In this document: positions 47,980 through 58,599 of the stretch, piece after piece | How positions within the stretch are numbered: position 1 is the stretch's first letter | Layout: every line of letters starts with the position of its first letter | NCBI GenBank assembly: GCA_964016885.1 | Contig: OZ024743.1 | Coordinates: forward strand, 293,694,001-293,758,000 | From: Eledone cirrhosa | Lineage: Eukaryota | Direction: 5' to 3' | Length of the DNA: 64,000 nt | Made by a program: the position numbers and the translations under genes | Notes under the pieces: model-generated | Databases searched by the model: none | Seen by the model: the letters and a program-made list of their open reading frames with translations, nothing else | Told to the model about the DNA's origin: nothing

Positions 47980-50221
47980 AAATAACTGTAGACGTAGATC
48001 CTAAAATAATTAATTTATCTAAAAGAGATCTTGACAATGATGAAATGCAAATTCTGTCAAAAGGACTGAAATTCACACCGACTCCAACAGTCAACCACCA
48101 AGAACTGAAGGAGGCTACCCAAGAATTCTGTCGAAAATTACGTATTGTAGAATTCTTCGCTGATAAAAGTAATGAGAGTGATGAATCACTAGTAAAGAAT
48201 AAATCAAATTTCACTCCGCCAAAAGGAAGAAATATCTATCTCGACCAATACATTGACATCCTGTCTAAATTTACTCTTAGACGTAATCCTAATGTTAGGC
48301 CAAACATTAACAAATCAGAAATGTTTGCACTTAAACGTATACAAAATGATAAAACAATAATAATTAAACAAGCAGATAAAGGGGTGCAGTTGTTATAATG
48401 GATGCTGAATACTACAAGGATTTGGTTGAGAAACAACTGAAAGACACAACATTCTATCATGAAATACCGTCAAATATAGACCACAACATCATGAAGAAGA
48501 TCAACAACCTGGCTTCAAAATACCACAACTCACTTACTGATAAAGAAAGAGACTACATCACCAATTTTGAGCCAAAACCCAGCAACCTGTATGGCCTACC
48601 GAAAGTTCATAAGTCAAAAGAAATACAACTGGCAGTAAGAGAACAAAACAGTGAGTACATTAAATTACTACACCCAAAATACTTACAACTTAGACCTATT
48701 ATAGCTGGTCCAACATGCCCCACCCACCGTCTAAGCAATTTTGTTGACATTATATTGAAACCACTATGTATTCACATACCCAGTTTCATTCGGGATGTTA
48801 TCGACTTCCTGTCCCATCTTCCCAAAACCACGGAAACGAATTCACAGTTTTGATGTGGTAAGCCTTTACACCAACATTACACATGATTTAGGAATAAAGG
48901 CGGTTAAATACTGGGTGGAAAAACATAGAGAAGTGATTCCCATCAGATTCACAGCGCCATTTATATTAGACGCAGTTAAACTTATTCTGGAAAACAACAC
49001 TTTCTTCTTCAATGGAAATAATTACATCCAAATTAGAGGCACAGCGATAGGAACGAAGTTTGCTCCCGTTTACGCGAACTCTGTAATGGGATACTTAGAA
49101 CAACAACTCTATCAAGAAATAGAGGAAAAATATAGTACTGACTTTAGAAAGTACATTGAAAAATCTTGGAAGAGATACCTTGACGACTGTTTCATCATCT
49201 GGACAGAATCTCTAGATACTCTGGATGAGTTCAATATCCTCCTGAATAACCTACACCCATCTTTCCAATTCACAAAAGAGATGAGTAGGACCAAATTACC
49301 ATTCCTAGATATAATGATAATCAAAAACGACACCACCATTACCACGGATATATATTATAAACACACAGACACCCATCAATATCTGAATTTTAAGTCGTGC
49401 CATCCACCTCATAGAAAACGCAACATCCCACACTGCCTAGCCAGAAGAATTTGTACCATTGTAGAAGATACGAATACCAGGTACAAACGCCTAACAGAAC
49501 TAAGAGAATTTTTGCTCAAACAAAAATACCCATCTCTACTTATAGAAAATGGCATACAGCGGGCTATAAAAATACCTATACAACAACTTAGGACAACCCA
49601 AGGAAGAAGAAACCAAGAACTGGTCATACCGTTTATAATGACACACAACCCATGTCACCAGAATATCTTCAACACGTCCAAAGCAAACCTACCGATCATT
49701 GCTCAAAGTAATGAATTAAAAGGTTTAATCACAGATCGATCTTTGACTCTTACAAAAGACAGCCGAAAAATTTGAAGCAATTACCAACAAAAGCAAAGTT
49801 TGACCTTAACAACAAAGACCAATCATTCACTGTATCTAAATGTAATGATAATCGATGTGGCACATGTCAATCCATACACGCCGGTCAATATATGAAAACA
49901 AAAACTGGAAAAATATTCCCAAATGCAAATATGAACTGCAAAAGCAGAAATCTAATTTACTGCATTAAATGCCCGAATTGTGAAGAACTATATGTCGGTC
50001 AAACTGGAAATGCACTATCGGAACGTGCACGGGTACACCGACAGCAAATCAGAGACTCAAATGTCCGTCAGATACCCCTAAGTAACCATCTAGCAACATG
50101 TGGTCAGGGAATATTTATAATATTCCCATTCTACAAATTACACAGCCCAAGTGAAATCAAGAGAAAAATCAAAGAAAAGAATTTTATTGATAAATTCAAA
50201 CCCAAGCTAAATGAACAATAA
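47980..50221 (+). pseudogene. PLE ORF: INLS..KGLKF.P, ADKG, YGLPKVHK, FDVVSLYT, G.AIGT, YLDD RT; CxxxxCxxC linker; GIY-YIG (LIYCIKCPNCEELYVGQT..R..H); three frameshifts
   Basis: ORF pieces starting at 48045, 48398, 48795 and 49772. Confidence 0.9.
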
Positions 50222-50284
50222 TAATGGGGAATTACTCCTACTATGACTACAACCATGTCGACTACGACCACTAACAACAACAAC

Positions 50285-50337
<53 letters not shown>

Positions 50338-50340
<3 letters not shown>

Positions 50341-53300
50341 AACTTATGCTTATTCATTTTTGGGGCCCTTTCTGCCCGTGTGTTTGTTTGTTTATGTGTG
50401 TCCGTATACAGCGTGGTGATAATGCCACACAAGGGCCAAGTGGGATGGCGGATCCACAGATGGCTATGTAAACATACATTCGCCAATCCTCGATAAGAGT
50501 GTTTAAATATCGAACATAAACAGTTCGAATAACGGTGAAATGGAGACTAGAACGTCATGTGACAGACTCTCACCCAACAGGTGCCCCCTGGCTCAGCAGC
50601 AGGAACCTGACTGTCAACGAAATACTGCTGATGTTGGAGGAAGAAGAAGAAGGAAAGGGGCCAGAACCAACTGGACGAAAGAATTGAATAGAACTGTTAT
50701 GCAATGCTACCTGAAAAGTAACCCCAAGGAGAGGGGCTACAGGAGACGGATGCATAACATCTGGAACGAGATTGGTTTATTTAAATTAGATGAACAAAAA
50801 TTGGCCGGGCAGGCTCGGGTAATAAGAACTAATGGGTGGATAAGCGAGCTGGAACTGGAGGAACTGAGCAGAGAGAATGGCTTGGAGATGGCGGGTGTAG
50901 TATGCCAGACAAGCGAGCCGGCGGGAAATGAAGGTGAGGAGGTCCTGAGAGCGGAGGAACCACCCGAAGCAGACAATGATCTGAATACTGAGATAAATAA
51001 TACCTGGAACAGAGATACGGCCACTGAGGAGATGAATGCTGACGGGCTAGGACAAGATTCGGTTGACATCCTAAATTTAGTGGTAGATGAGTTGAACAAT
51101 GATAGTGGGAGACCTATGAACCTAAGATTTGTAGACAGGAAAAAGTTAAAAGAAACAACAGCTAAGGTAAACAAAGTCATCCCATACCTTGAGGCGAGGA
51201 GTCTTCACCAGTGCAACAATATCCTCAAAGCAACAGCAAATACGGTGAGGAAACTACTTGGTATAAAAGCGAGAGGAAACAACAGACAAGAAAGAGCAGA
51301 GCCGTGGTGGAAGAAGCGACTGAGTGGGCAAATCGGGGAAATGAGAAATGACATAGGAAAGCTTGAGTCACTACTGAATGGGACACTAAAAAACATAGGC
51401 ACTAAAAATAGACTGGAAATAAAATACAAAACTAGGAGTAAAAAGCTAAATATTATCATAGAGGAATTGAAGCAACGCATTGTAGCAAAGAGTGCCAAAA
51501 TCAGGCGATACGAGAACAGAGTCAGTCAGTATAAACAGAACCGCATGTTCGACAACAACCAGAAGATGCTGTTTGGACAGCTTGAGGGGAAAGAAAGAGG
51601 CACCGACTTGATCCCTGGGGCGGAACAAGCTAAAACATTCTGGAGAGGAATATGGGAGCAGGATGTTAGACACAATGCCCAGGCAGGGTGGATTGAGACA
51701 GTACAGAGGGAGATCGGTGAGCAGGCACAGCAACAGACTGATTTGAGTATCACAGTTGAAACTCTTAAGGGGCAAGCCAAAAAACTAACCAACTGGAAAT
51801 CACCAGGCCCAGATGGTGTGCAGGGGTATTGGATTAAACATTTAACATCCCTCCACCCGAAGCTGACGGCCATGTTCAATGACTGCTTGGTGTCGGGTGA
51901 GGTGCCAGAGTGGTTGACAAAAGGTACCACAGTTCTGATAATGAAAGACCGAATCAAGGGTAATGATGTTACCAACTATAGACCTATCACATGTCTGCCC
52001 GTAATGTGGAAACTGTTGACGAGCATTGTGTCTGAGGAAATCTACCATCACCTCCACACAAACAACTTGTTGCCGGACGAACAGAAAGGATGCCGAAAGA
52101 AGTCACGTGGTACAAAGGACCAGTTGCTTATTGATAAGATGGTAATGGGGAATTGCAGGAGGAGACACACTGATCTTGCCATGGGATGGATAGACTACAG
52201 AAAGGCATTTGACATGGTGCCTCATTCCTGGATCACCAAAAGCCTGGAGATCTTCAGGGTGGCAGATAACATCAGAGAGTTGCTGGGCAGGAGTATGGGG
52301 TCCTGGGAGACAGAGTTGACATCAACTGGAGTATCCTTGGGAAGCGTGAAGATCAAGAGAGGTATCTTCCAGGGAGATAGCCTGTCCCCTCTGTTGTTTG
52401 TCCTTGCCCTGATGCCCTTGACCATTATGCTGCGAAAAGTGAGAGCAGGATACAAGTTGGGAAGGGGAGAGCTTACCATCAATCACCTCCTCTTCATGGA
52501 CGATCTTAAGCTCTTCGGGAAAAGTGAGAAGGAGTTGGATGTGCTTGTTGACACTGTCCGTATTTTCAGCAGTGATATATGTATGCAGTTTGGTATTGGT
52601 AAATGTGGAGTCATTGTGATGAGGAGGGGTAGGTTGAGCAGAAGTAACGGGATCCAGATACCAACAGGTGAGATGATAAAGGAAATTGACTCTGAGGAAG
52701 GATACAAGTATTTGGGCGTTCTGGAGGCTGATGGCATAAAGAACAAAAAAATGAAGGAATTGTTAAGAACTGAATACATTCGGAGAGTAAGGAGCGTATT
52801 GAAGTCACATCTGAACAGCAGAAATGCCATAAGCGCAGTAAATTCCCGAGCTGTGTCTATTATTAGGTACAGTGCGGGAATTCTGAGATGGAATGTTGCT
52901 GAACAAAAAGAAATGGATAGGAAGACTAGGAAGCTATTGACTATCTACAACATGTTCCACAAGAGGAGTGATGTCGATAGACTCTACCTAAGGAGATCTG
53001 AGGGTGGAAGAGGTCTTATCAGCATAGAGGACTGTGTTCAGATGGAGAAAAACAACCTATACAAATACGTGACCTATAGTAAGGAGCCAATGCTCAGAGC
53101 TGTACTGAAGGAGGGGAGAGTAGGCCAGGGGATACCCAAGGAGGAAATAACATCAAGGAGGAAGAGCAGCCTTAAGGGAAAATCCCTTCATAGTACCTTC
53201 TTTGAGAAAACTGAATTTAGAGATCCACAGACATGGAACTGGTTGAGAAGAGGAGACCTCAAAAAGGCTACAGAAGGAATGCTAATGGCTGCGCAGGAGC

Positions 53301-54018
53301 AGGCCCTCAAAACGAAGTGGTTGAAGCACCATATCTACAAGGAGGAGGCTAGCCCACTGTGCAGGATCTGTGGAGAGAGAGAGGAGACTGTGGCTCACAT
53401 TGTGTCCGAGTGTAAACACCTAGCCCAGACCCACTATAAGGGCTGGAGACACGATGTGATGGGCAGGGTGATCCACTGGCACCTGTGCAAAGTAAACAAT
53501 CTACCACATTCTGAGAAATGGTATGAGCATAGGCCAGAGGCGGTGATGGAGAACAGTCAGGTGAAGGTGCTGTGGGATTTTAGGATACAGACGGACAAAA
53601 AACTGGAACACAATAGACCTGACCTGGTGGTTGTGGACAAAGAAAAAAGATCGTGCCTGATTGTGGATGTGGCCTGCCCGTTCGACACGAGAGTGCAAGA
53701 GAAGGAGAGGGAGAAAATTAACCGATACCAGGACCTAAAGTGGGAGGTGAAAAGGATTTGGAACTGCCATGAAGTCAAAGTGATCCCGATTGTCATAGGC
53801 GCACTGGGGACTATCTCCAAAGGTTTCCAGGGATGGTTAAAGAAAATCGGCCCCTTCACGCTTTTTGGAACGCTTCAAAAGGCATGCTTGCTTGGAACGG
53901 CAAGAACCCTCCGATACGTCCTGAATATCTGAGGCTGCAGGTAGTGGCTTGATATTCAATCCAACGGACTTTCCAGTTAACCAACATCAATGACTGAGAT
54001 TCAAGGAATAACAATAAC

Positions 54019-54057
<39 letters not shown>
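50338..54057 (+). mobile_element. R4/Dong-like RLE retrotransposon copy A, full length, in (AAT)n
   Basis: (AAT)n at 50285-50338, ~200-nt 5' UTR, intact ORF, short 3' UTR, (AAT)n tail at 54007-54057. Confidence 0.93.
50540..53932 (+). CDS. Intact 1130-aa RT-RLE protein (YRPITCL, WIDYRKAFD, GIFQGDSLSP, FMDD; CRIC..H..C; RHD; RPD..D)
   Basis: Uninterrupted ORF with all motifs present. Confidence 0.95.
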   Translation: METRTSCDRLSPNRCPLAQQQEPDCQRNTADVGGRRRRKGARTNWTKELNRTVMQCYLKSNPKERGYRRRMHNIWNEIGLFKLDEQKLAGQARVIRTNGWISELELEELSRENGLEMAGVVCQTSEPAGNEGEEVLRAEEPPEADNDLNTEINNTWNRDTATEEMNADGLGQDSVDILNLVVDELNNDSGRPMNLRFVDRKKLKETTAKVNKVIPYLEARSLHQCNNILKATANTVRKLLGIKARGNNRQERAEPWWKKRLSGQIGEMRNDIGKLESLLNGTLKNIGTKNRLEIKYKTRSKKLNIIIEELKQRIVAKSAKIRRYENRVSQYKQNRMFDNNQKMLFGQLEGKERGTDLIPGAEQAKTFWRGIWEQDVRHNAQAGWIETVQREIGEQAQQQTDLSITVETLKGQAKKLTNWKSPGPDGVQGYWIKHLTSLHPKLTAMFNDCLVSGEVPEWLTKGTTVLIMKDRIKGNDVTNYRPITCLPVMWKLLTSIVSEEIYHHLHTNNLLPDEQKGCRKKSRGTKDQLLIDKMVMGNCRRRHTDLAMGWIDYRKAFDMVPHSWITKSLEIFRVADNIRELLGRSMGSWETELTSTGVSLGSVKIKRGIFQGDSLSPLLFVLALMPLTIMLRKVRAGYKLGRGELTINHLLFMDDLKLFGKSEKELDVLVDTVRIFSSDICMQFGIGKCGVIVMRRGRLSRSNGIQIPTGEMIKEIDSEEGYKYLGVLEADGIKNKKMKELLRTEYIRRVRSVLKSHLNSRNAISAVNSRAVSIIRYSAGILRWNVAEQKEMDRKTRKLLTIYNMFHKRSDVDRLYLRRSEGGRGLISIEDCVQMEKNNLYKYVTYSKEPMLRAVLKEGRVGQGIPKEEITSRRKSSLKGKSLHSTFFEKTEFRDPQTWNWLRRGDLKKATEGMLMAAQEQALKTKWLKHHIYKEEASPLCRICGEREETVAHIVSECKHLAQTHYKGWRHDVMGRVIHWHLCKVNNLPHSEKWYEHRPEAVMENSQVKVLWDFRIQTDKKLEHNRPDLVVVDKEKRSCLIVDVACPFDTRVQEKEREKINRYQDLKWEVKRIWNCHEVKVIPIVIGALGTISKGFQGWLKKIGPFTLFGTLQKACLLGTARTLRYVLNI

Positions 54058-54059
<2 letters not shown>

Positions 54060-57000
54060 GAAGAAGAAGAAGGAAAGGGGCCAGAACCAACTGGACGAAA
54101 GAATTGAATAGAACTGTTATGCAATGCTACCTGAAAAGTAACCCCAAGGAGAGGGGCTACAGGAGACGGATGCATAACATCTGGAACGAGATTGGTTTAT
54201 TTAAATTAGATGAACAAAAATTGGCCGGGCAGGCTCGGGTAATAAGAACTAATGGGTGGATAAGCGAGCTGGAACTGGAGGAACTGAGCAGAGAGAATGG
54301 CTTGGAGATGGCGGGTGTAGTATGCCAGACAAGCGAGCCGGCGGGAAATGAAGGTGAGGAGGTCCTGAGAGCGGAGGAACCACCCGAAGCAGACAATGAT
54401 CTGAATACTGAGATAAATAATACCTGGAACAGAGATACGGCCACTGAGGAGATGAATGCTGACGGGCTAGGACAAGATTCGGTTGACATCCTAAATTTAG
54501 TGGTAGATGAGTTGAACAATGATAGTGGGAGACCTATGAACCTAAGATTTGTAGACAGGAAAAAGTTAAAAGAAACAACAGCTAAGGTAAACAAAGTCAT
54601 CCCATACCTTGAGGCGAGGAGTCTTCATCAGTGCAACAATATCCTCAAAGCAACAGCAAATACGGTGAGGAAACTACTAGGTATAAAAGCGAGAGGAAAC
54701 AACAGACAAGAAAGAGCAGAGCCGTGGTGGAAGAAGCGACTGAGTGGGCAAATCGGGGAAATGAGAAATGACATAGGAAAGCTTGAGTCACTACTGAATG
54801 GGACACTAAAAAACATAGGCACTAAAAATAGACTGGAAATAAAATACAAAACTAGGAGTAAAAAGCTAAATATTATCATAGAGGAATTGAAGCAACGCAT
54901 TGTAGCAAAGAGTGCCAAAATCAGGCGATACGAGAACAGAGTCAGTCAGTATAAACAGAACCGCATGTTCGACAACAACCAGAAGATGCTGTTTGGACAG
55001 CTTGAGGGGAAAGAAAGAGGCACCGACTTGATCCCTGGGGCGGAACAAGCTAAAACATTCTGGAGAGGAATATGGGAGCAGGATGTTAGACACAATGCCC
55101 AGGCAGGGTGGATTGAGACAGTACAGAGGGAGATCGGTGAGCAGGCACAGCAACAGACTGATTTGAGTATCACAGTTGAAACTCTTAAGGGGCAAGCCAA
55201 AAAACTAACCAACTGGAAATCACCAGGCCCAGATGGTGTGCAGGGGTATTGGATTAAACATTTAACATCCCTCCACCCGAAGCTGACGGCCATGTTCAAT
55301 GACTGCTTGGTGTCGGGTGAGGTGCCAGAGTGGTTGACAAAAGGTACCACAGTTCTGATAATGAAAGACCGAATCAAGGGTAATGATGTTACCAACTATA
55401 GACCTATCACATGTCTGCCCGTAATGTGGAAACTGTTGACGAGCATTGTGTCTGAGGAAATCTACCATCACCTCCACACAAACAACTTGTTGCCGGACGA
55501 ACAGAAAGGATGCCGAAAGAAGTCACGTGGTACAAAGGACCAGTTGCTTATTGATAAGATGGTAATGGGGAATTGCAGGAGGAGACACACTGATCTTGCC
55601 ATGGGATGGATAGACTACAGAAAGGCATTTGACATGGTGCCTCATTCCTGGATCACCAAAAGCCTGGAGATCTTCAGGGTGGCAGATAACATCAGAGAGT
55701 TGCTGGGCAGGAGTATGGGGTCCTGGGAGACAGAGTTGACATCAACTGGAGTATCCTTGGGAAGCGTGAAGATCAAGAGAGGTATCTTCCAGGGAGATAG
55801 CCTGTCCCCTCTGTTGTTTGTCCTTGCCCTGATGCCCTTGACCATTATGCTGCGAAAAGTGAGAGCAGGATACAAGTTGGGAAGGGGAGAGCTTACCATC
55901 AATCACCTCCTCTTCATGGACGATCTTAAGCTCTTCGGGAAAAGTGAGAAGGAGTTGGATGTGCTTGTTGACACTGTCCGTATTTTCAGCAGTGATATAT
56001 GTATGCAGTTTGGTATTGGTAAATGTGGAGTTATTGTGATGAGGAGGGGTAGGTTGAGCAGAAGTAACGGGATCCAGATACCAACAGGTGAGATGATAAA
56101 GGAAATTGACTCTGAGGAAGGATACAAGTATTTGGGCGTTCTGGAGGCTGATGGCATAAAGAACAAAAAAATGAAGGAATTGTTAAGAACTGAATACATT
56201 CGGAGAGTAAGGAGCGTATTGAAGTCACATCTGAACAGCAGAAATGCCATAAGCGCAGTAAATTCCCGAGCTGTGTCTATTATTAGGTACAGTGCGGGAA
56301 TTCTGAGATGGAATGTTGCTGAACAAAAAGAAATGGATAGGAAGACTAGGAAGCTATTGACTATCTACAACATGTTCCACAAGAGGAGTGATGTCGATAG
56401 ACTCTACCTAAGGAGATCTGAGGGTGGAAGAGGTCTTATCAGCATAGAGGACTGTGTTCAGATGGAGAAAAACAACCTATACAAATACGTGACCTATAGT
56501 AAGGAGCCAATGCTCAGAGCTGTACTGAAGGAGGGGAGAGTAGGCCAGGGGATACCCAAGGAGGAAATAACATCAAGGAGGAAGAGCAGCCTTAAGGGAA
56601 AATCCCTTCATAGTACCTTCTTTGAGAAAACTGAATTTAGAGATCCACAGACATGGAACTGGTTGAGAAGAGGAGACCTCAAAAAGGCTACAGAAGGAAT
56701 GCTAATGGCTGCGCAGGAGCAGGCCCTCAAAACGAAGTGGTTGAAGCACCATATCTACAAGGAGGAGGCTAGCCCACTGTGCAGGATCTGTGGAGAGAGA
56801 GAGGAGACTGTGGCTCACATTGTGTCCGAGTGTAAACACCTAGCCCAGACCCACTATAAGGGCTGGAGACACGATGTGATGGGCAGGGTGATCCACTGGC
56901 ACCTGTGCAAAGTAAACAATCTACCACATTCTGAGAAATGGTATGAGCATAGGCCAGAGGCGGTGATGGAGAACAGTCAGGTGAAGGTGCTGTGGGATTT

Positions 57001-57352
57001 TAGGATACAGACGGACAAAAAACTGGAACACAATAGACCTGACCTGGTGGTTGTGGACAAAGAAAAAAGATCGTGCCTGATTGTGGATGTGGCCTGCCCG
57101 TTCGACACGAGAGTGCAAGAGAAGGAGAGGGAGAAAATTAACCGATACCAGGACCTAAAGTGGGAGGTGAAAAGGATTTGGAACTGCCATGAAGTCAAAG
57201 TGATCCCGATTGTCATAGGCGCACTGGGGACTATCTCCAAAGGTTTCCAGGGATGGTTAAAGAAAATCGGCCCCTTCACGCTTTTTGGAACGCTTCAAAA
57301 GGCATGCTTGCTTGGAACGGCAAGAACCCTCCGATACGTCCTGAATATCTGA
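53990..57352 (+). CDS. Open 1120-aa frame: an ATG in the copy A 3' UTR, a poly-Ile from (ATA)n, and the nearly complete RT-RLE of copy B
   Basis: ORF track; identical to the copy A protein from RRRRKGART onward. Confidence 0.7.
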
Positions 57353-57459
57353 GGCTGCAGGTAGTGGCTTGATATTCAATCCAACGGACTTTCCAGTTAA
57401 CCAACATCAATGACTGAGATTCAAGGAATAACAATAACAATAATAATAATAATAATAAA
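54058..57459 (+). mobile_element. R4/Dong-like copy B, missing the first ~300 bp, tandem to copy A (offset 3420 bp)
   Basis: Matches 50640 onward almost exactly; has its own (AAT)n tail at 57427-57459. Confidence 0.93.
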
Positions 57460-57750
57460 AGTGATGTTGATGGTGATGATTACTAGAAAATGCTATTTTC
57501 ATCATTTCTAAAAATAGCAAAACAATTGATGCTTTGGATAGGATCAATTAGTAGTCGTTAGACATGCTCAACCAACCGTGACGCCTAAACCAATCAGCTT
57601 TAGTAATCCAGTGAAACTAAACACCGATTGGTCGAAATACAGTTTGCAAGATTTAGCATTCTGGAGCCACTTTTCACTGTATATAAGGCACAAAATTTAC
57701 CCATCTCATTACAGTTGAAAATTGCAAACTTGACTGTCACCATACATTAT

Positions 57751-57787
57751 GAACCTGAAGATTGCGAAAGCATGAAAGTACTTGTTC
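57751..57787 (+). ncRNA. Minimal type I hammerhead in the PLE pLTR
   Basis: GAAC-CTGAAGA-tTGC gaaa GCAt-GAAA-GTAC-TT-GTTC. Confidence 0.75.
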
Positions 57788-57970
57788 AATTAAAACTTAA
57801 CATTTAATATTCTACCATACTAGTTCATTCTAATACCATTATAAATTTTAAAGGATTGTAAATAAAACGAGTAAATCAGACAAAGTTGGAATTCCTTTTA
57901 TTAATATAATCTTCTATACACAATCATACGCACCCGTGTATATTTATCTATCTATCTATCTCTCTCTCTC

Positions 57971-58024
<54 letters not shown>

Positions 58025-58033
<9 letters not shown>

Positions 58034-58531
58034 ACTCGGTCGAGAGCTTAATTCTTTTTGTGCTGTTTTTGCAAATGTTTGCAATAACTTCACATGCTGA
58101 ATTCACTGGCCAAATTAGGGGTTTTCTCCCCTTAGAACCTCACATGTGCTTTCATAACCTGTGAGATCCTGGCGCACGAAGAGCAAAATGCGTGTTGAGA
58201 AAGCGATGCCTTGTTCGATCATTATACCAAAAGCTTATTTTTTATAAGCAGACAGTATTATTGATTAAGGTGTTGCAGAAACCCAATATCGGAGTATTCC
58301 ATCTTCCCCGAGGGTCCGGGTAAATATTTCAATCATGTCTTATTTTGTTTGACCCGTTTAGCTTGTTCGGTTTTTTGGCTAAGGTGGTTAATGGCTTCTT
58401 AACCATCGTCTCAGTTTGTATGTGACCATTTAAACTTATGTTTATAGCTCTGGTATCTTCTTCATATCAATGGAGCGCTTGTCTGCACAATACGGAAGTT
58501 GCATTTCGCTAATTTCTACCCGGTAAATTTA

Positions 58532-58535
<4 letters not shown>
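58025..58535 (+). mobile_element. (TA)n-flanked structured non-coding element; distant homolog of 62860-63338
   Basis: Shared blocks: GTGTTGAGAAAG/CTGTTGAGAAAG, GCAGAAACCCAA, CCGGGTAAAT, TTAACCATCGTCTCAGT, TTATAGCTCTGGT. Confidence 0.65.

Positions 58536-58595
<60 letters not shown>

Positions 58596-58599
<4 letters not shown>

Larger units (their letters stand above)
47537..57915 (+). mobile_element. Penelope-like element 1 (Neptune/Naiad-like), with a 5' inverted pLTR (47537-47777) and a 3' pLTR (~57665-57907), interrupted by two R4/Dong copies
   Basis: RT + GIY-YIG coding region; ~240-bp inverted terminal copies with hammerheads at 47654-47690 (-) and 57751-57787 (+); (TA)n flanks. Confidence 0.88.

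Noticed and set aside
47980-50221. Possible selenocysteine read-through, as reported for some Naiad PLEs
   Set aside because: The ORF breaks are frame changes, and the linker and endonuclease cysteines are TGT/TGC rather than in-frame TGA
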